Assembly: GCA_036960915.1 (NCBI GenBank)
Contig: JBALVQ010000011.1
Span: 6,514-70,513 of the forward strand
DNA from: Amphritea sp.
GTDB lineage: Bacteria; Pseudomonadota; Gammaproteobacteria; Pseudomonadales; Balneatricaceae
Direction: 5' to 3'
Length of the DNA stretch: 64,000 bases
The notes below the pieces were generated by a model that made no database searches, had not been told where the DNA came from, and worked only from the letters and a program-made list of their open reading frames with translations. The position numbers and the translations under genes are program-made. Shown one piece after another: positions 50,694 to 60,577 of this stretch. Position 1 is the stretch's first letter. Each line of letters starts with the position of its first letter.

Positions 50694-52124
50694 ATGAATC
50701 TAATCCAGAAATCTGCCGTTGAACTGATCGCAGATCTGCAAGCACAACGAATATCCGCCATCGAACTGCTGGAAGCCACGATCGAGCACGCTGAGCGCGT
50801 CGCAGAAGCATTCAACCCCTTTGCGGTCAAACTCTATGACCGGGCACGCCAGGCAGCGGCGGCCGCCGATGAACTGCTGGCAAATGGACTGGGCGGACCG
50901 CTGTGTGGCCTGCCCGTTACTATCAAGGACTCGCAATGGCTGGCTGGGGTACCCTGCGCCAATGGCTCCTCTACTCAGATGGATTTCATTCCCGATGAAA
51001 CCTGTGCCGCGGTAGAGCAGCTGGAACGGGCCGGCGCGGTTATTTTCGCCAAGACAACCTGCCCGGAATTCAGCCTGATGGGAATTACCACTTCCAAGCT
51101 GTATGGCCCAACCTCTAACCCATGGAATCCGCAACGGACCTGTGGAGGTTCATCCGGCGGAGCCGGTGCAGCAGTGGCAGCCGGAGCGGGCACTCTGTCA
51201 CTAGGTGGCGATGGTGGCGGTTCAATCCGTATTCCTGCGGCATTCTGTGGCATTGTTGGCTTCAAGCCCTCCTTCAAGGCTGTTCCAAGAGAGCCCTGCT
51301 TCCCTTCCTGGAGTACCCTTGTCTCCTATGGCCCGATGGCCCGCAGCGTTGCCGATGCTCGACTGATGTACTCGGTACTGGCGAAAAATAACGATCAGCA
51401 CGCTTATCAGGATTCTCTTGCTGCACACGCGCATCATCCGGTGAGCATAGTCGGCATGAAAATTATTGTCTCAGAAGACCTGGGCTTTGCCCCAATTGAT
51501 GATGATGTTCGCCAGACCTTCCGTCAGACCGTTAAGAGACTGAAGGCCGCCGGGGCTGAAGTGATTAATGATCACCCCCACCTGCCAACCTCGGTAGTGG
51601 CCTGGGCCACTAGCGCACACTTTGACTCCTGGAGTTTCCAGAAACAGAAAAGCGCGCCCCACAAAGGCCTGGAAAAAAACACCCAGGAGATGATGAAGTT
51701 TGGTGCCAGCCTGACGGAAGAGGAATTCAACGCAGCTGAAGAGCACCGTAATGCGATCCACGATGCTTATATGGCCATGTTTGAACGCGCTGGCACATCT
51801 GTTTTCATCACCCCGACCTTGGGTTGCGAGGCCTTTAAACAGGGTTTCCGCCATCCAAAGTATATAGGTTCAACCAGGATCACCTACCCTTGGCTGGACT
51901 GGGCCACCTTCCTCTACGACGCCAATTTAATCGGTATGCCGGCCTGTGCCTTACCAATGGGGCTGGGCAACGAGAAGCTGCCGCTTTCAATTCAGGTGGC
52001 AGGTCCTGTTGGTACCGATGCAACCGTACTGGATATTGCTGAGCAACTTGAAGCATTGATCGGCTGGGATAACTCACCTCAAGGCACTGATTTGCCGCAA
52101 ACTACCGCAGACACAACTGAGTAA
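50694..52124 (+). CDS. Amidase-signature family amidase
   Basis: GLPVTIKD (Lys), GGSSGG, DGGGSIRIPAAFCG (Ser-cisSer-Lys triad intact). Confidence 0.93.
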   Translation: MNLIQKSAVELIADLQAQRISAIELLEATIEHAERVAEAFNPFAVKLYDRARQAAAAADELLANGLGGPLCGLPVTIKDSQWLAGVPCANGSSTQMDFIPDETCAAVEQLERAGAVIFAKTTCPEFSLMGITTSKLYGPTSNPWNPQRTCGGSSGGAGAAVAAGAGTLSLGGDGGGSIRIPAAFCGIVGFKPSFKAVPREPCFPSWSTLVSYGPMARSVADARLMYSVLAKNNDQHAYQDSLAAHAHHPVSIVGMKIIVSEDLGFAPIDDDVRQTFRQTVKRLKAAGAEVINDHPHLPTSVVAWATSAHFDSWSFQKQKSAPHKGLEKNTQEMMKFGASLTEEEFNAAEEHRNAIHDAYMAMFERAGTSVFITPTLGCEAFKQGFRHPKYIGSTRITYPWLDWATFLYDANLIGMPACALPMGLGNEKLPLSIQVAGPVGTDATVLDIAEQLEALIGWDNSPQGTDLPQTTADTTE

Positions 52125-52149
52125 GGAATCAGAACCTTCCGGAAAAACT

Positions 52150-52166
52150 CTGGCATGCGAATTGCT
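52150..52166 (+). promoter_or_regulatory. Sigma-54 promoter for the C45-ATP-grasp pair
   Basis: CTGGCATGCGAATTGCT is near-consensus TGGCAC-N5-TTGC; GATTCAAAATTGAATT at 52212-52227. Confidence 0.7.
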
Positions 52167-52250
52167 GCTTTAGACTGTTTTGTACCCGATACAGTTTATG
52201 GCAGCAAATTCGATTCAAAATTGAATTTTGCGTTAGGGAGATCAGCTCGA

Positions 52251-53222
52251 ATGAAAAACTTACAGTTTGAGGTTATCAAAGAGAATTATCCAGCTGAAAA
52301 GTTCAGCCAGTTATTTAAGCAAAACTGGCCGGCATACCGAGCCTGGTATCTGGATGAAGGTGAAGCTGCACGACCCACCTATCTTGAATGTATCCAGGCA
52401 TTAAAACAACATATGCCCGAGCTGTACCCGCTGTATAAAGATATCCTTAAATTACTCGATTGCGATGATCTTCAGGCCCGTTTTTTAAGTCTTTACTGCC
52501 CGCCCCCGTTCTTCTCTGGCTGCTCCCAACTGATTGTAAAAAAACCACAACCAGCCCTGATTCGAAATTATGATTTCCCGCCCATTTTATGCGAAGGCAC
52601 TATCCTGCACAGCAAATGGCTGGGTAACAATGTAATTGCCATGGCTGATTGTATCTGGGGCGCGCTGGATGGCATGAACGAATCCGGTCTGGCGGTATCT
52701 ATCGCCTATGGCGGCCGTCTGGTTGAAGGCGTCGGCTTCGGCATCACCATTGTTATGCGCTACGTGCTGGAAACCTGTTCCAGCGTTGAGGAAGCTATTG
52801 CCGCCTTCAGCCGCATTCCGATACATCTGGATTACAACATCGCATTAGTGGACAGCAGTGGACAACACGCCACTGTGTTTATCGCACCTGATCGGGAAAC
52901 CTGTGTTACCCGAGCCACCACGTCAACCAATCATCAGGGCACTTCAGAGGACGATAAGGCACTGTTCCTTGCCGACTCAATGATCCGCCTGGAAGCCCTG
53001 AATGCGCTGGCCGCTCCGGCTGCTCCCTCGAACCAGGATGCGATACTGAGCTTTTTAAATCCGCCTTTATACCGCCCTCATCATGTGTATGACTCGGGCA
53101 CCTTATATACCGCAGCCTATTATCCGCAGGAAGGAATAGTCAATTACCTCTGGCCCCATAACAGCCTCAGCCTCTGCTTTGGTGAAACCGGCCAAACCAA
53201 ATTACAGATTCATTATGAATAA
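52251..53222 (+). CDS. C45-family Ntn hydrolase / acyltransferase
   Basis: HMPEL, autocleavage G|CSQ, RNYDF, LDGMNESGL, TNHQ; start at MKNLQ after AGGGAG RBS. Confidence 0.85.
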   Translation: MKNLQFEVIKENYPAEKFSQLFKQNWPAYRAWYLDEGEAARPTYLECIQALKQHMPELYPLYKDILKLLDCDDLQARFLSLYCPPPFFSGCSQLIVKKPQPALIRNYDFPPILCEGTILHSKWLGNNVIAMADCIWGALDGMNESGLAVSIAYGGRLVEGVGFGITIVMRYVLETCSSVEEAIAAFSRIPIHLDYNIALVDSSGQHATVFIAPDRETCVTRATTSTNHQGTSEDDKALFLADSMIRLEALNALAAPAAPSNQDAILSFLNPPLYRPHHVYDSGTLYTAAYYPQEGIVNYLWPHNSLSLCFGETGQTKLQIHYE

Positions 53223-53417
53223 CGCTCAAACAATGAAATCAAAACAAACGAGTTCACCTCAGGAATTCAAAATTGGTGAAGACAAATGAATCTAAAACGA
53301 TCAACCAGCGAGTCATTGATAAGAAAAACATTCAGAACAGCTTTGCAAATTGTGCTGAAAATAATCCCCCCTAAAAAGAGCATAAGTGCCGACAATAATT
53401 CTAAAGAAGGTCTTAAT

Positions 53418-54869
53418 ATGAAAAATAAAAAAAAGCTGATAGGTCTATCTGATATCTACCGTTTTTTCCGGAAAAACCAGACGCCAATATATTTCATTTC
53501 ACCTACCGCTTATAACGTTCTGGGGCTGGGCCAATGGGTTCAAAGCTTCAAATATGTTACCTATTTTGATTCTTTCGATGGCGAACATTTTCGGGTCACT
53601 AACCCTGAGCTAAATGGCGAACGTGAATTCCAGTCAATGGAAGATATGGTGAACTATTTGCTGAGCCATAAGGAAACCATCGATCTGATCGAAGCCAACG
53701 GCAAGGGAAAACTGCTGACAGTGATGTTCGATGAAAAGACCGAACAGATTGCCGACAGCCTGGGCCTTGAAATAGCCCTGCCTTCAGCCAGCCTGCGTAC
53801 CCATATTGATTCCAAGATAGTCACTACCCAGCTGGCCAATGAAGCCGGCGTACCCAGCGCACCGAACCTGGTCGATGTTAAAGCATCAAGTTTCCAGGAG
53901 CTGATGGAACTGGCGAGCAGTAATAACCTCGGTTCCAACCTGGTAGTGCAAACTCCTTACGGTGATTCCGGTAAGACAACTTTCTTCATCAGAAGCGAAG
54001 CCGACTGGGATAAGCACGCCGATAAGATCGTTGGCGAAACCCTGAAGGTAATGAAATATATCAACCACATTCCGGGTACGGTTGAAGCCGTAGCAACCCG
54101 GTGCGGCACTTTAGTCGGACCGTTGCAAACGGACATTACCGGCTACGAAGAACTGACACCTTATAAAGGCGGCTGGTGCGGTAACGATATCTTCCCGGAC
54201 CTGCTGCAAGGCGAACAGCGCGATAAGATCATCAACATGGTTAAGGCCATGGGCGACAAGCTGTATGAAAACGGCTACCGCGGCACTTTCTGTTTCGACT
54301 ATCTGGTGGATACCGACGATGGCGAAGTCTACCTGGGTGAAATCAACCCACGCATCAGCGGCGCCAGCCCACTGACCAACCTGGTGACCTCCAAATACGG
54401 TGGCGCTCCCCTGATGCTGTTCCACCTGCTGGAATTCATGGATGTGGACTTTGAGATAAACGTCGATGAGATCCAGAAGCGCTGGGCGGATTACGGCACC
54501 TGGACCCAGCTGGTGCTGAAACATACCGAAGACCAGGTGCGCATGATCACCAAAGCACCGCAGTCCGGCATCTGGAATCTGCAGGAAGATGGCAACATTG
54601 AATTCGTTCGCAAGAGTATCGACTGGAGTAATGTCGGCGACGAAAGCAATGCATTTTACCTGCGCGTTTACGGCGAAGGAGAATACAGTTATCTGGGCGC
54701 GGATATGGGCATCCTGGTGACCTGTGGCCGAATGCAATCCGATGATCGCGAGCTACTCCCTCGGGCACACAACTGGATCAACGCCATCAATAACCAGTTT
54801 GAATTTAAATCTCTGGAAGAACTTGAAGTGCCGTTTATCCCCAATGAAAGCGTACGCAAGATGCTCTGA
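53418..54869 (+). CDS. Uncharacterised ATP-grasp protein (often labelled 'biotin carboxylase')
   Basis: IDSKI, VVQTPYGDSGKTTFF, KVMKYI, DYL.D....YLGEINPRISG ATP-grasp motifs. Confidence 0.8.
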   Translation: MKNKKKLIGLSDIYRFFRKNQTPIYFISPTAYNVLGLGQWVQSFKYVTYFDSFDGEHFRVTNPELNGEREFQSMEDMVNYLLSHKETIDLIEANGKGKLLTVMFDEKTEQIADSLGLEIALPSASLRTHIDSKIVTTQLANEAGVPSAPNLVDVKASSFQELMELASSNNLGSNLVVQTPYGDSGKTTFFIRSEADWDKHADKIVGETLKVMKYINHIPGTVEAVATRCGTLVGPLQTDITGYEELTPYKGGWCGNDIFPDLLQGEQRDKIINMVKAMGDKLYENGYRGTFCFDYLVDTDDGEVYLGEINPRISGASPLTNLVTSKYGGAPLMLFHLLEFMDVDFEINVDEIQKRWADYGTWTQLVLKHTEDQVRMITKAPQSGIWNLQEDGNIEFVRKSIDWSNVGDESNAFYLRVYGEGEYSYLGADMGILVTCGRMQSDDRELLPRAHNWINAINNQFEFKSLEELEVPFIPNESVRKML

Positions 54870-55076
54870 TTGATTCAAGTTTAATCGGTTAGCTTTCTGA
54901 CCTCTGGCCAGTAAGTTAATACCGGCTCGGCAGTCTCCAGCTAAGCAATGGGTGACTGGCGGGTCGCATCAGGAATCAAAATTTCACTGTAAGGCCCTTG
55001 CCTTTAGCGCAGAATTAAGTTTGCTTCAGCCATAAAGTTGACTTTCTCATTCGAAACCTAGGGTGCTTCCGCATCC

Positions 55077-55098
55077 ATCCACCCCCCAAAATTGGACA
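55077..55098. mobile_element. Possible orphan IS3-family terminal repeat fragment
   Basis: ATCCACCCCCCAAAATTGGACA resembles IS3-family ends; no transposase. Confidence 0.35.
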
Positions 55099-55240
55099 TA
55101 AACCTAAGCTTCAGAGTTGGGTCGCTAAGTGCCAAATCCGGATTTTTAGTATTCGCTAATATAGCATTCTATCTGCTTATCCCCAGCTCTAAGAGCGGAC
55201 TCTGAGTTACCCAACTTATGGAGATTACCTCTATATACAC

Positions 55241-55278
55241 AAAAAAAAGGCCTCCCTACTAGCAGGGAGGCCAAAAAA
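55241..55278 (-). terminator. Rho-independent terminator
   Basis: A8-GGCCTCCCT-actagc-AGGGAGGCC (hairpin plus U-tract on minus strand). Confidence 0.75.
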
Positions 55279-55429
55279 GAGCAGCATAATGACAATCAAA
55301 CTATGTGCTCGAAAACCAAGATAGGATGAATAGCCGCGACACTTTATCCACCTAGGATAAAGGCCCCGACAGCGCTGAAAGAAATATCGATAAAAACTTA
55401 TTCCGCTGAGCCGGTATATTTGTATAGGA

Positions 55430-56389
55430 TCAGTGATTGAGTAACTTGTCTAAAATAAACTGCCCCGCAAACAGGTCCTGAGCGACGATCCCCAGTGACT
55501 TGTAAACAGTGATCTGCTTACTATCGAGTCGCCCGTGGAGTTCACTGTTCAGCACTGCGCCAATCTCACCGATAACATGATCCGGTTGTATAACCCCCTC
55601 GGCGAGGGGGATCAGAATATCGCCGGCCTCATTGTTACAGGATTCCATAAGATCGACGTACACTGTCGATTTAGCTATCAGCGCACTATCCGCTTCCCGA
55701 GTATCTTTGGCGTAGGCACCGACTAAATTAATATGTGTTCCGGGCTGTACCCAATCCCCTTTTAAAACTGGGCTCTTCGCACTGGTTACAGTACAAACGA
55801 TGTCACACCCGGCGGCCTCTTCTGGCGCATCCGTTGCTCTTATATTCAAGCCGGTTCTGTCTGACTGCTGCGCTGCAAACTGCCTGGTTTTGCTGTACTC
55901 CCGACCACTGATCACAATTTCTGTTAAAGGCCTGACAGCATTTATGGCATCGATATGCGCTGCAGCCTGAATCCCGGTACCAAAAATGCCGCACTTAGCG
56001 GCCGATGGATTTGCCAGAATATCTGTAGCCAGAGCAGAGGCTGCTGCTGTGCGGATTTCCGTTACCGCCGCACCATCGATTAATGCCACCGGCTCTCCGG
56101 ATTCCCGGTCAAACAGCAATACACCTCCCTGGATCGCGGGCAATCCCCTGGTTGGATTATCCCGGTGCTCACTCAGGATCTTTGCCCCATAGTATTTAAG
56201 CTCCTGGCTAGCACCAGGCATCAGGCCAAACCACCTGGAATCATCATCAAATGGTGAAAAATATAACCTCGGAGGTACGTTAACCTGCCCGGCAGAGGTT
56301 ACAGCCATAGCCTGTTTCATAACTTCTATACAATCAGGCACTGTTAACAGAGAGCGCACCTGCTCTCCAGAGATAAATTTAAAAGACAA
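55430..56389 (-). CDS. Ornithine cyclodeaminase/mu-crystallin family (likely pyrroline-2-carboxylate reductase)
   Basis: TEIRTAAAS, GTGIQA, HINLVGA, YKSLG...QDL. Confidence 0.88.
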   Translation of the reverse strand: MSFKFISGEQVRSLLTVPDCIEVMKQAMAVTSAGQVNVPPRLYFSPFDDDSRWFGLMPGASQELKYYGAKILSEHRDNPTRGLPAIQGGVLLFDRESGEPVALIDGAAVTEIRTAAASALATDILANPSAAKCGIFGTGIQAAAHIDAINAVRPLTEIVISGREYSKTRQFAAQQSDRTGLNIRATDAPEEAAGCDIVCTVTSAKSPVLKGDWVQPGTHINLVGAYAKDTREADSALIAKSTVYVDLMESCNNEAGDILIPLAEGVIQPDHVIGEIGAVLNSELHGRLDSKQITVYKSLGIVAQDLFAGQFILDKLLNH

Positions 56390-56429
56390 ACTAAACTCCG
56401 CTTATCAAAAGGCCCTGTATAACCTGAAA

Positions 56430-57158
56430 TCAGAGGGTATGGGTTGAAAAACCTTCCATGAAATTACGCTGCAGGAATCTGAGGAAACGATCACGGAACA
56501 GGCACATATGTTCGTGGGCGATTCGTTCGGCAGCCTCGACATCCTGATTAATGATCGACTCCGTCATTTTGCTGTGTTCATCCTGCTTAATATTGTCCTG
56601 TTCTGCCTCCATCAGGTATTCAAAATGAAGGTGTAGCATGCGCTGCCCTTCATCCAGCAAGCGGCGGTAAAAATCTGCCACATAGGGGTTCTTACTCGCA
56701 TCGGCTATCGCCATGTGATACGCCTTGTTAGCTTCGGACATCGCCAGATAATTCCCCGGTTTAACCGTTTTCTGATATTCCTCCTGGCGAGCCCGAATCT
56801 TCTCGATATCAGCCTCGGTCCGCAGTTGTGCTGCCAGACGGTTGATCATTCGCTGAGTTACATCCAGGGATTCGATATACTTTGGAAACAAAGAGATATC
56901 TAATGGCGCAACCTGGTTAGTCCGGTTTGAAGGACTAATGACCAAACCATCACCTGACAAACGTATCAGCGCTTCACGAACCGGAGAGCGGGACAGATGA
57001 AAGCGTTCTGCGATCTGATTCTCATCAAGGAAATGTCCTGGCGGTATTTCCAGAGTCAGAATCTCTTGGCGTAGAGTACGATAAACTTCCTGAGCACCAG
57101 AGCCTTTGGCTAATTTCCGGGGTGCTGTTTTTTTCTGAGCTGTTTTAAGTGTTGCCAT
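56430..57158 (-). CDS. GntR/FCD regulator
   Basis: SRSPVREAL..L...GLV; N..YH..I. Confidence 0.92.
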   Translation of the reverse strand: MATLKTAQKKTAPRKLAKGSGAQEVYRTLRQEILTLEIPPGHFLDENQIAERFHLSRSPVREALIRLSGDGLVISPSNRTNQVAPLDISLFPKYIESLDVTQRMINRLAAQLRTEADIEKIRARQEEYQKTVKPGNYLAMSEANKAYHMAIADASKNPYVADFYRRLLDEGQRMLHLHFEYLMEAEQDNIKQDEHSKMTESIINQDVEAAERIAHEHMCLFRDRFLRFLQRNFMEGFSTHTL

Positions 57159-57267
57159 AGAATGTATGCTTCTTTAAATTCATAACGTAACGGTAGCAAT
57201 GAGAGCAAAGCCGCCTCCTTACATACCTTAAATACACATACAGTATACATTAAAAACTCAAGATTAA

Positions 57268-58737
57268 TCAGCTTTCTGCTTTATACCAGCCCCATGGCTC
57301 AGAGCTGTTAAAATCAGTGATCTGCTTGGTGCTGAGGTAGTTGTCCAGCCCCCAGCGGCCCAGTTCCCGGCCGATACCACTCATCTTTCGACCACCCCAC
57401 GGGGCTTCAACAAAGGTCGGCTGCGAACAGTTAGTCCAGATAATACCGGCGTTCAGGCGACGTGCAACACGATCCAAACGGACTTTGTCCGCAGACAATA
57501 CAGCACCAGCAAGACCGAATTCAGAGTTGTTAGCAGATGCAATCGCTTCATCTTCTGTTTTGAAAGAACGAATAGCCACAACAGGGCCGAAAATTTCTTC
57601 CTTCCAGATAACAGCGTCTTCAGAAACATCAGCAAAGACAGTAGGTTCAATAAAGTAGCCTTTATCAAAACCTTCTGCAGCCTTACCACCAGTGACCAAA
57701 CGATTACCTTCGGTGATACCAATATCGATATATTTAAGCACTTCCTGGTACTGTTTTTCGCTGACCTGAGGCCCTAATTTAACATCCTCTTCTAAACCAG
57801 AACCGATCTTGATTTTGGCAGTTTCAGCAGCCAGTTTCTCAAGAAACTCTTCGTAAATGCTCTCCTCAACCAGAACACGTGATGTAGCAGAACATACTTC
57901 ACCTTTGTTCCAGAAAATACCGAACATGGTCCACTCAACAGCGGCATCCAAATCAGTATCAGCAAAGATAATCATTGGTGATTTACCACCAAGCTCCAGC
58001 GTAACTGGTTTCACACCTTCAGAAGCCGCTTTCATTACGCTGCTACCGGTGGCAACACTGCCAGTAAAGGCCAGCTTATCAATATTCTGGCTCTGAGCCA
58101 GTGCTGAGCCCGCACCGGTAACGATGTTCAGCACCCCAGCAGGTAGACCAACCTGCTCGGCAATTTCAGCCAGTTTCAGTGCTGTCATCGGCGTCTGGTG
58201 TGAAGGCTTCAGAACACTGGTACAACCGGCAGCCAGTGCCGGAGCAACTTTCCATGCTGCCATCAGCAGTGGAAAATTGAACGGAATGATCTGACCCGCT
58301 ACACCGATTGGCTCACGAATCGCTTTACTGGTGAAACGCTCATCACCCAGTACAATTTCTTCCGCAGGCTCATCATCCAATTTTTCTGCCAGGCTAGCGT
58401 AGAAAGAGAAGCAGTCAGCAGCATCATCAATATCCCACTCAGCCTCTGGCAGTGGCTTACCGTTATCCAGGGTTTCCAGGCGACTGAAAGCATCACGCTG
58501 GGCACGGATGCCATCGGCGATGGCATACAGGTAAGCGGCGCGCTCTTTACCGCAAAGGCTTGGCCATGGCCCCTCATCGAATGCTTTGCGGGCAGCATCT
58601 ACTGCACGCTCTGCTTCGGCAGCACCTGAAAGGGCGATAGTCGCCAGTACAGATTCGTCAGCTGGATTGATGATATCCATTGTCTCGCCGCTATCTGCAT
58701 TCAGGAACTCACCATTAATATAAATCTGATTTTGCAT
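57268..58737 (-). CDS. Aldehyde dehydrogenase, betaine/aminoaldehyde (ALDH10-like) type
   Basis: LELGGKS, FGIFWNKGEVCSATSR, NCSQPTF, C-terminal PWGWY. Confidence 0.9.
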   Translation of the reverse strand: MQNQIYINGEFLNADSGETMDIINPADESVLATIALSGAAEAERAVDAARKAFDEGPWPSLCGKERAAYLYAIADGIRAQRDAFSRLETLDNGKPLPEAEWDIDDAADCFSFYASLAEKLDDEPAEEIVLGDERFTSKAIREPIGVAGQIIPFNFPLLMAAWKVAPALAAGCTSVLKPSHQTPMTALKLAEIAEQVGLPAGVLNIVTGAGSALAQSQNIDKLAFTGSVATGSSVMKAASEGVKPVTLELGGKSPMIIFADTDLDAAVEWTMFGIFWNKGEVCSATSRVLVEESIYEEFLEKLAAETAKIKIGSGLEEDVKLGPQVSEKQYQEVLKYIDIGITEGNRLVTGGKAAEGFDKGYFIEPTVFADVSEDAVIWKEEIFGPVVAIRSFKTEDEAIASANNSEFGLAGAVLSADKVRLDRVARRLNAGIIWTNCSQPTFVEAPWGGRKMSGIGRELGRWGLDNYLSTKQITDFNSSEPWGWYKAES

Positions 58738-58755
58738 AATAAATCCTCTAAAACG

Positions 58756-59466
58756 TTAGATATGGCGTGTGATGCCACCATCAACGCGAATGTTTTGCCC
58801 GGTTATATACCCCGCATCATCGGAGAGCAGGAATTCGACTGTCGCAGCGAATTCATCCACTTTGCCGATCCGTTTCATCGGCACGCGATCAGCAATAGTC
58901 TGCGAGTGATCCAGGCTGTCGATAAAGCCAGGCAAAGCACAATTCATACGTATACCAGCCGCGGCATAACGGTCTGAATATAGCTTTGTAAAACTGGCAA
59001 TACCCGCGCGGTAAACACAAGAAACCGGGAAGATCAGTTCCGGTTCGGAACTGGCATAGGTAGTAATATTGACAATAGAACCACTGCCCTGGGATTCCAT
59101 GTAAGGTGTAACCAGTTTAGCCATACGAATAACGCCCTGAAGCAACATCTCATGCCCTTGCGCCCATTGCTCGTCGCTGATTTCAAGCAGATCACCTTTA
59201 GGTGGATGGCCGGTATGGTTGACAACAGCATCGATCCTGCCAAAGCGGTCAACAGTATGCTGAACCAGCCCTTCCAGGTCGGATGCAGAAGCGGTAGAAC
59301 CCTGCACTGCCGTCGCACCCAACTCATCAGCTAGCGCGATACAGTTCTCCGACGGTGACATCAACACCAGCTGGTAGCCACTGTGTTTTAACCTGCGGGC
59401 GATAGCTGCACCAATCCCTTTGCCGGCAGCGGTAACGATAGCTACTTTATCTGTTGTCATAGTCAT
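58756..59466 (-). CDS. SDR oxidoreductase
   Basis: TAAGKGIG, PGFIDS, YITGQNIRVDGG. Confidence 0.9.
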   Translation of the reverse strand: MTMTTDKVAIVTAAGKGIGAAIARRLKHSGYQLVLMSPSENCIALADELGATAVQGSTASASDLEGLVQHTVDRFGRIDAVVNHTGHPPKGDLLEISDEQWAQGHEMLLQGVIRMAKLVTPYMESQGSGSIVNITTYASSEPELIFPVSCVYRAGIASFTKLYSDRYAAAGIRMNCALPGFIDSLDHSQTIADRVPMKRIGKVDEFAATVEFLLSDDAGYITGQNIRVDGGITRHI

Positions 59467-59535
59467 CTACCCGGTTTCGGTATCTTCAATGGCTTAGAAA
59501 AACTGGCAGGCTGCTAATACAGCTTGCCGGTTTAT

Positions 59536-60414
59536 TTAAACCGCTTCTGCGATAGCAAAAGCCGCTTTCATATCGGCCTTCTCTTGCTCAGTCAGAGGCA
59601 GCAGAGGTGCACGGCAAGTGCCTGCAGGAACTCCTGCCAGCTCACAGCCGTACTTCAGCTTCTGGATGAATTTAGACTCTTCCAGACACTGCATTACTGG
59701 GAACAGAGCCTTAATAATGCGCTGCGCTTCTGCCAGATTGCCTTCCTGAAAAGCGTTATAAAAACGAACCACTTGCGGAGCCAGGAAATTAGCAGGTCCA
59801 CAAACCCAGCTGGTAGCGCCCCACAGGAAGAAGTCCAGAGCCTGGTCATCGCTACCGCAAGACAGCTGAATCTTGTCACCGAAAGTAGAGGTGATATCCA
59901 TAGCTCGCAGCAGGTCGCCACTGCTTTCCTTGATACCCAGTACACGGCTGTTATCAGCAAAGGCTTTCATCACTTCCATACCCACTTCAACTCCGGCACG
60001 GATTGGGTAGTTGTACAGCACTACGTTAACGTCACAGGCATCCAGAACTGTATTGAAGTGAGCGATCAGCTCTTCGTTAGATGGCAGTGCGTAGAAAGGG
60101 GCAGACAACAGGACGTTGTCGTAGCCGATCTCTTGAGCAGCCTTGGTCAGCTCGATTACTTCGCGGGTTGAAGGCGCGTTTGTACCCGCAATCAGCGGAA
60201 CGCGGCCGTTAACAACTTTCTTAACGAAAGCCAGCACTTCAGCACGCTCCTGATGGTTCATCGCGTAGTATTCGCCGGAAGTACCCAGCACAGCAAAGCC
60301 GTGAACACCGTCCGCCAGCTGCTTCTCAACAATTTTTTCCAGTGCTCCGAAGTCAATGTTGCCTTCGTTATCAAACGGAGTGATCAGTGCTGGTAAGATG
60401 CCTTCAAGTTTCAT
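59536..60414 (-). CDS. DHDPS/NAL-family protein (probable pyrroline-4-hydroxy-2-carboxylate deaminase)
   Basis: GTSGE, LYNYP, GIKESSGD; hydroxyproline gene context. Confidence 0.82.
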   Translation of the reverse strand: MKLEGILPALITPFDNEGNIDFGALEKIVEKQLADGVHGFAVLGTSGEYYAMNHQERAEVLAFVKKVVNGRVPLIAGTNAPSTREVIELTKAAQEIGYDNVLLSAPFYALPSNEELIAHFNTVLDACDVNVVLYNYPIRAGVEVGMEVMKAFADNSRVLGIKESSGDLLRAMDITSTFGDKIQLSCGSDDQALDFFLWGATSWVCGPANFLAPQVVRFYNAFQEGNLAEAQRIIKALFPVMQCLEESKFIQKLKYGCELAGVPAGTCRAPLLPLTEQEKADMKAAFAIAEAV

Positions 60415-60577
60415 ATTTATTCTCCAGTTTTCTGTGTTTCTGCCTGCAAGTGCGCAAACAAGAACTGTACATACAATTAATATTTAGTGTGCATACACTA
60501 AAATTTGGGCAAAAAAATCCTCAAACTCCCCTGCCTGAAGCAGGAAAATCTGAACCTTTATCGGTTAAGTTTGTTGG

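Noticed and set aside
53418-54869. True biotin carboxylase (AccC)
   Set aside because: Lacks the ANRGEIA N-terminus and other AccC signatures; no BCCP or carboxyltransferase nearby
59536-60414. Housekeeping dapA
   Set aside because: GTSGE instead of GTTGE, and embedded in a catabolic imino-acid cluster
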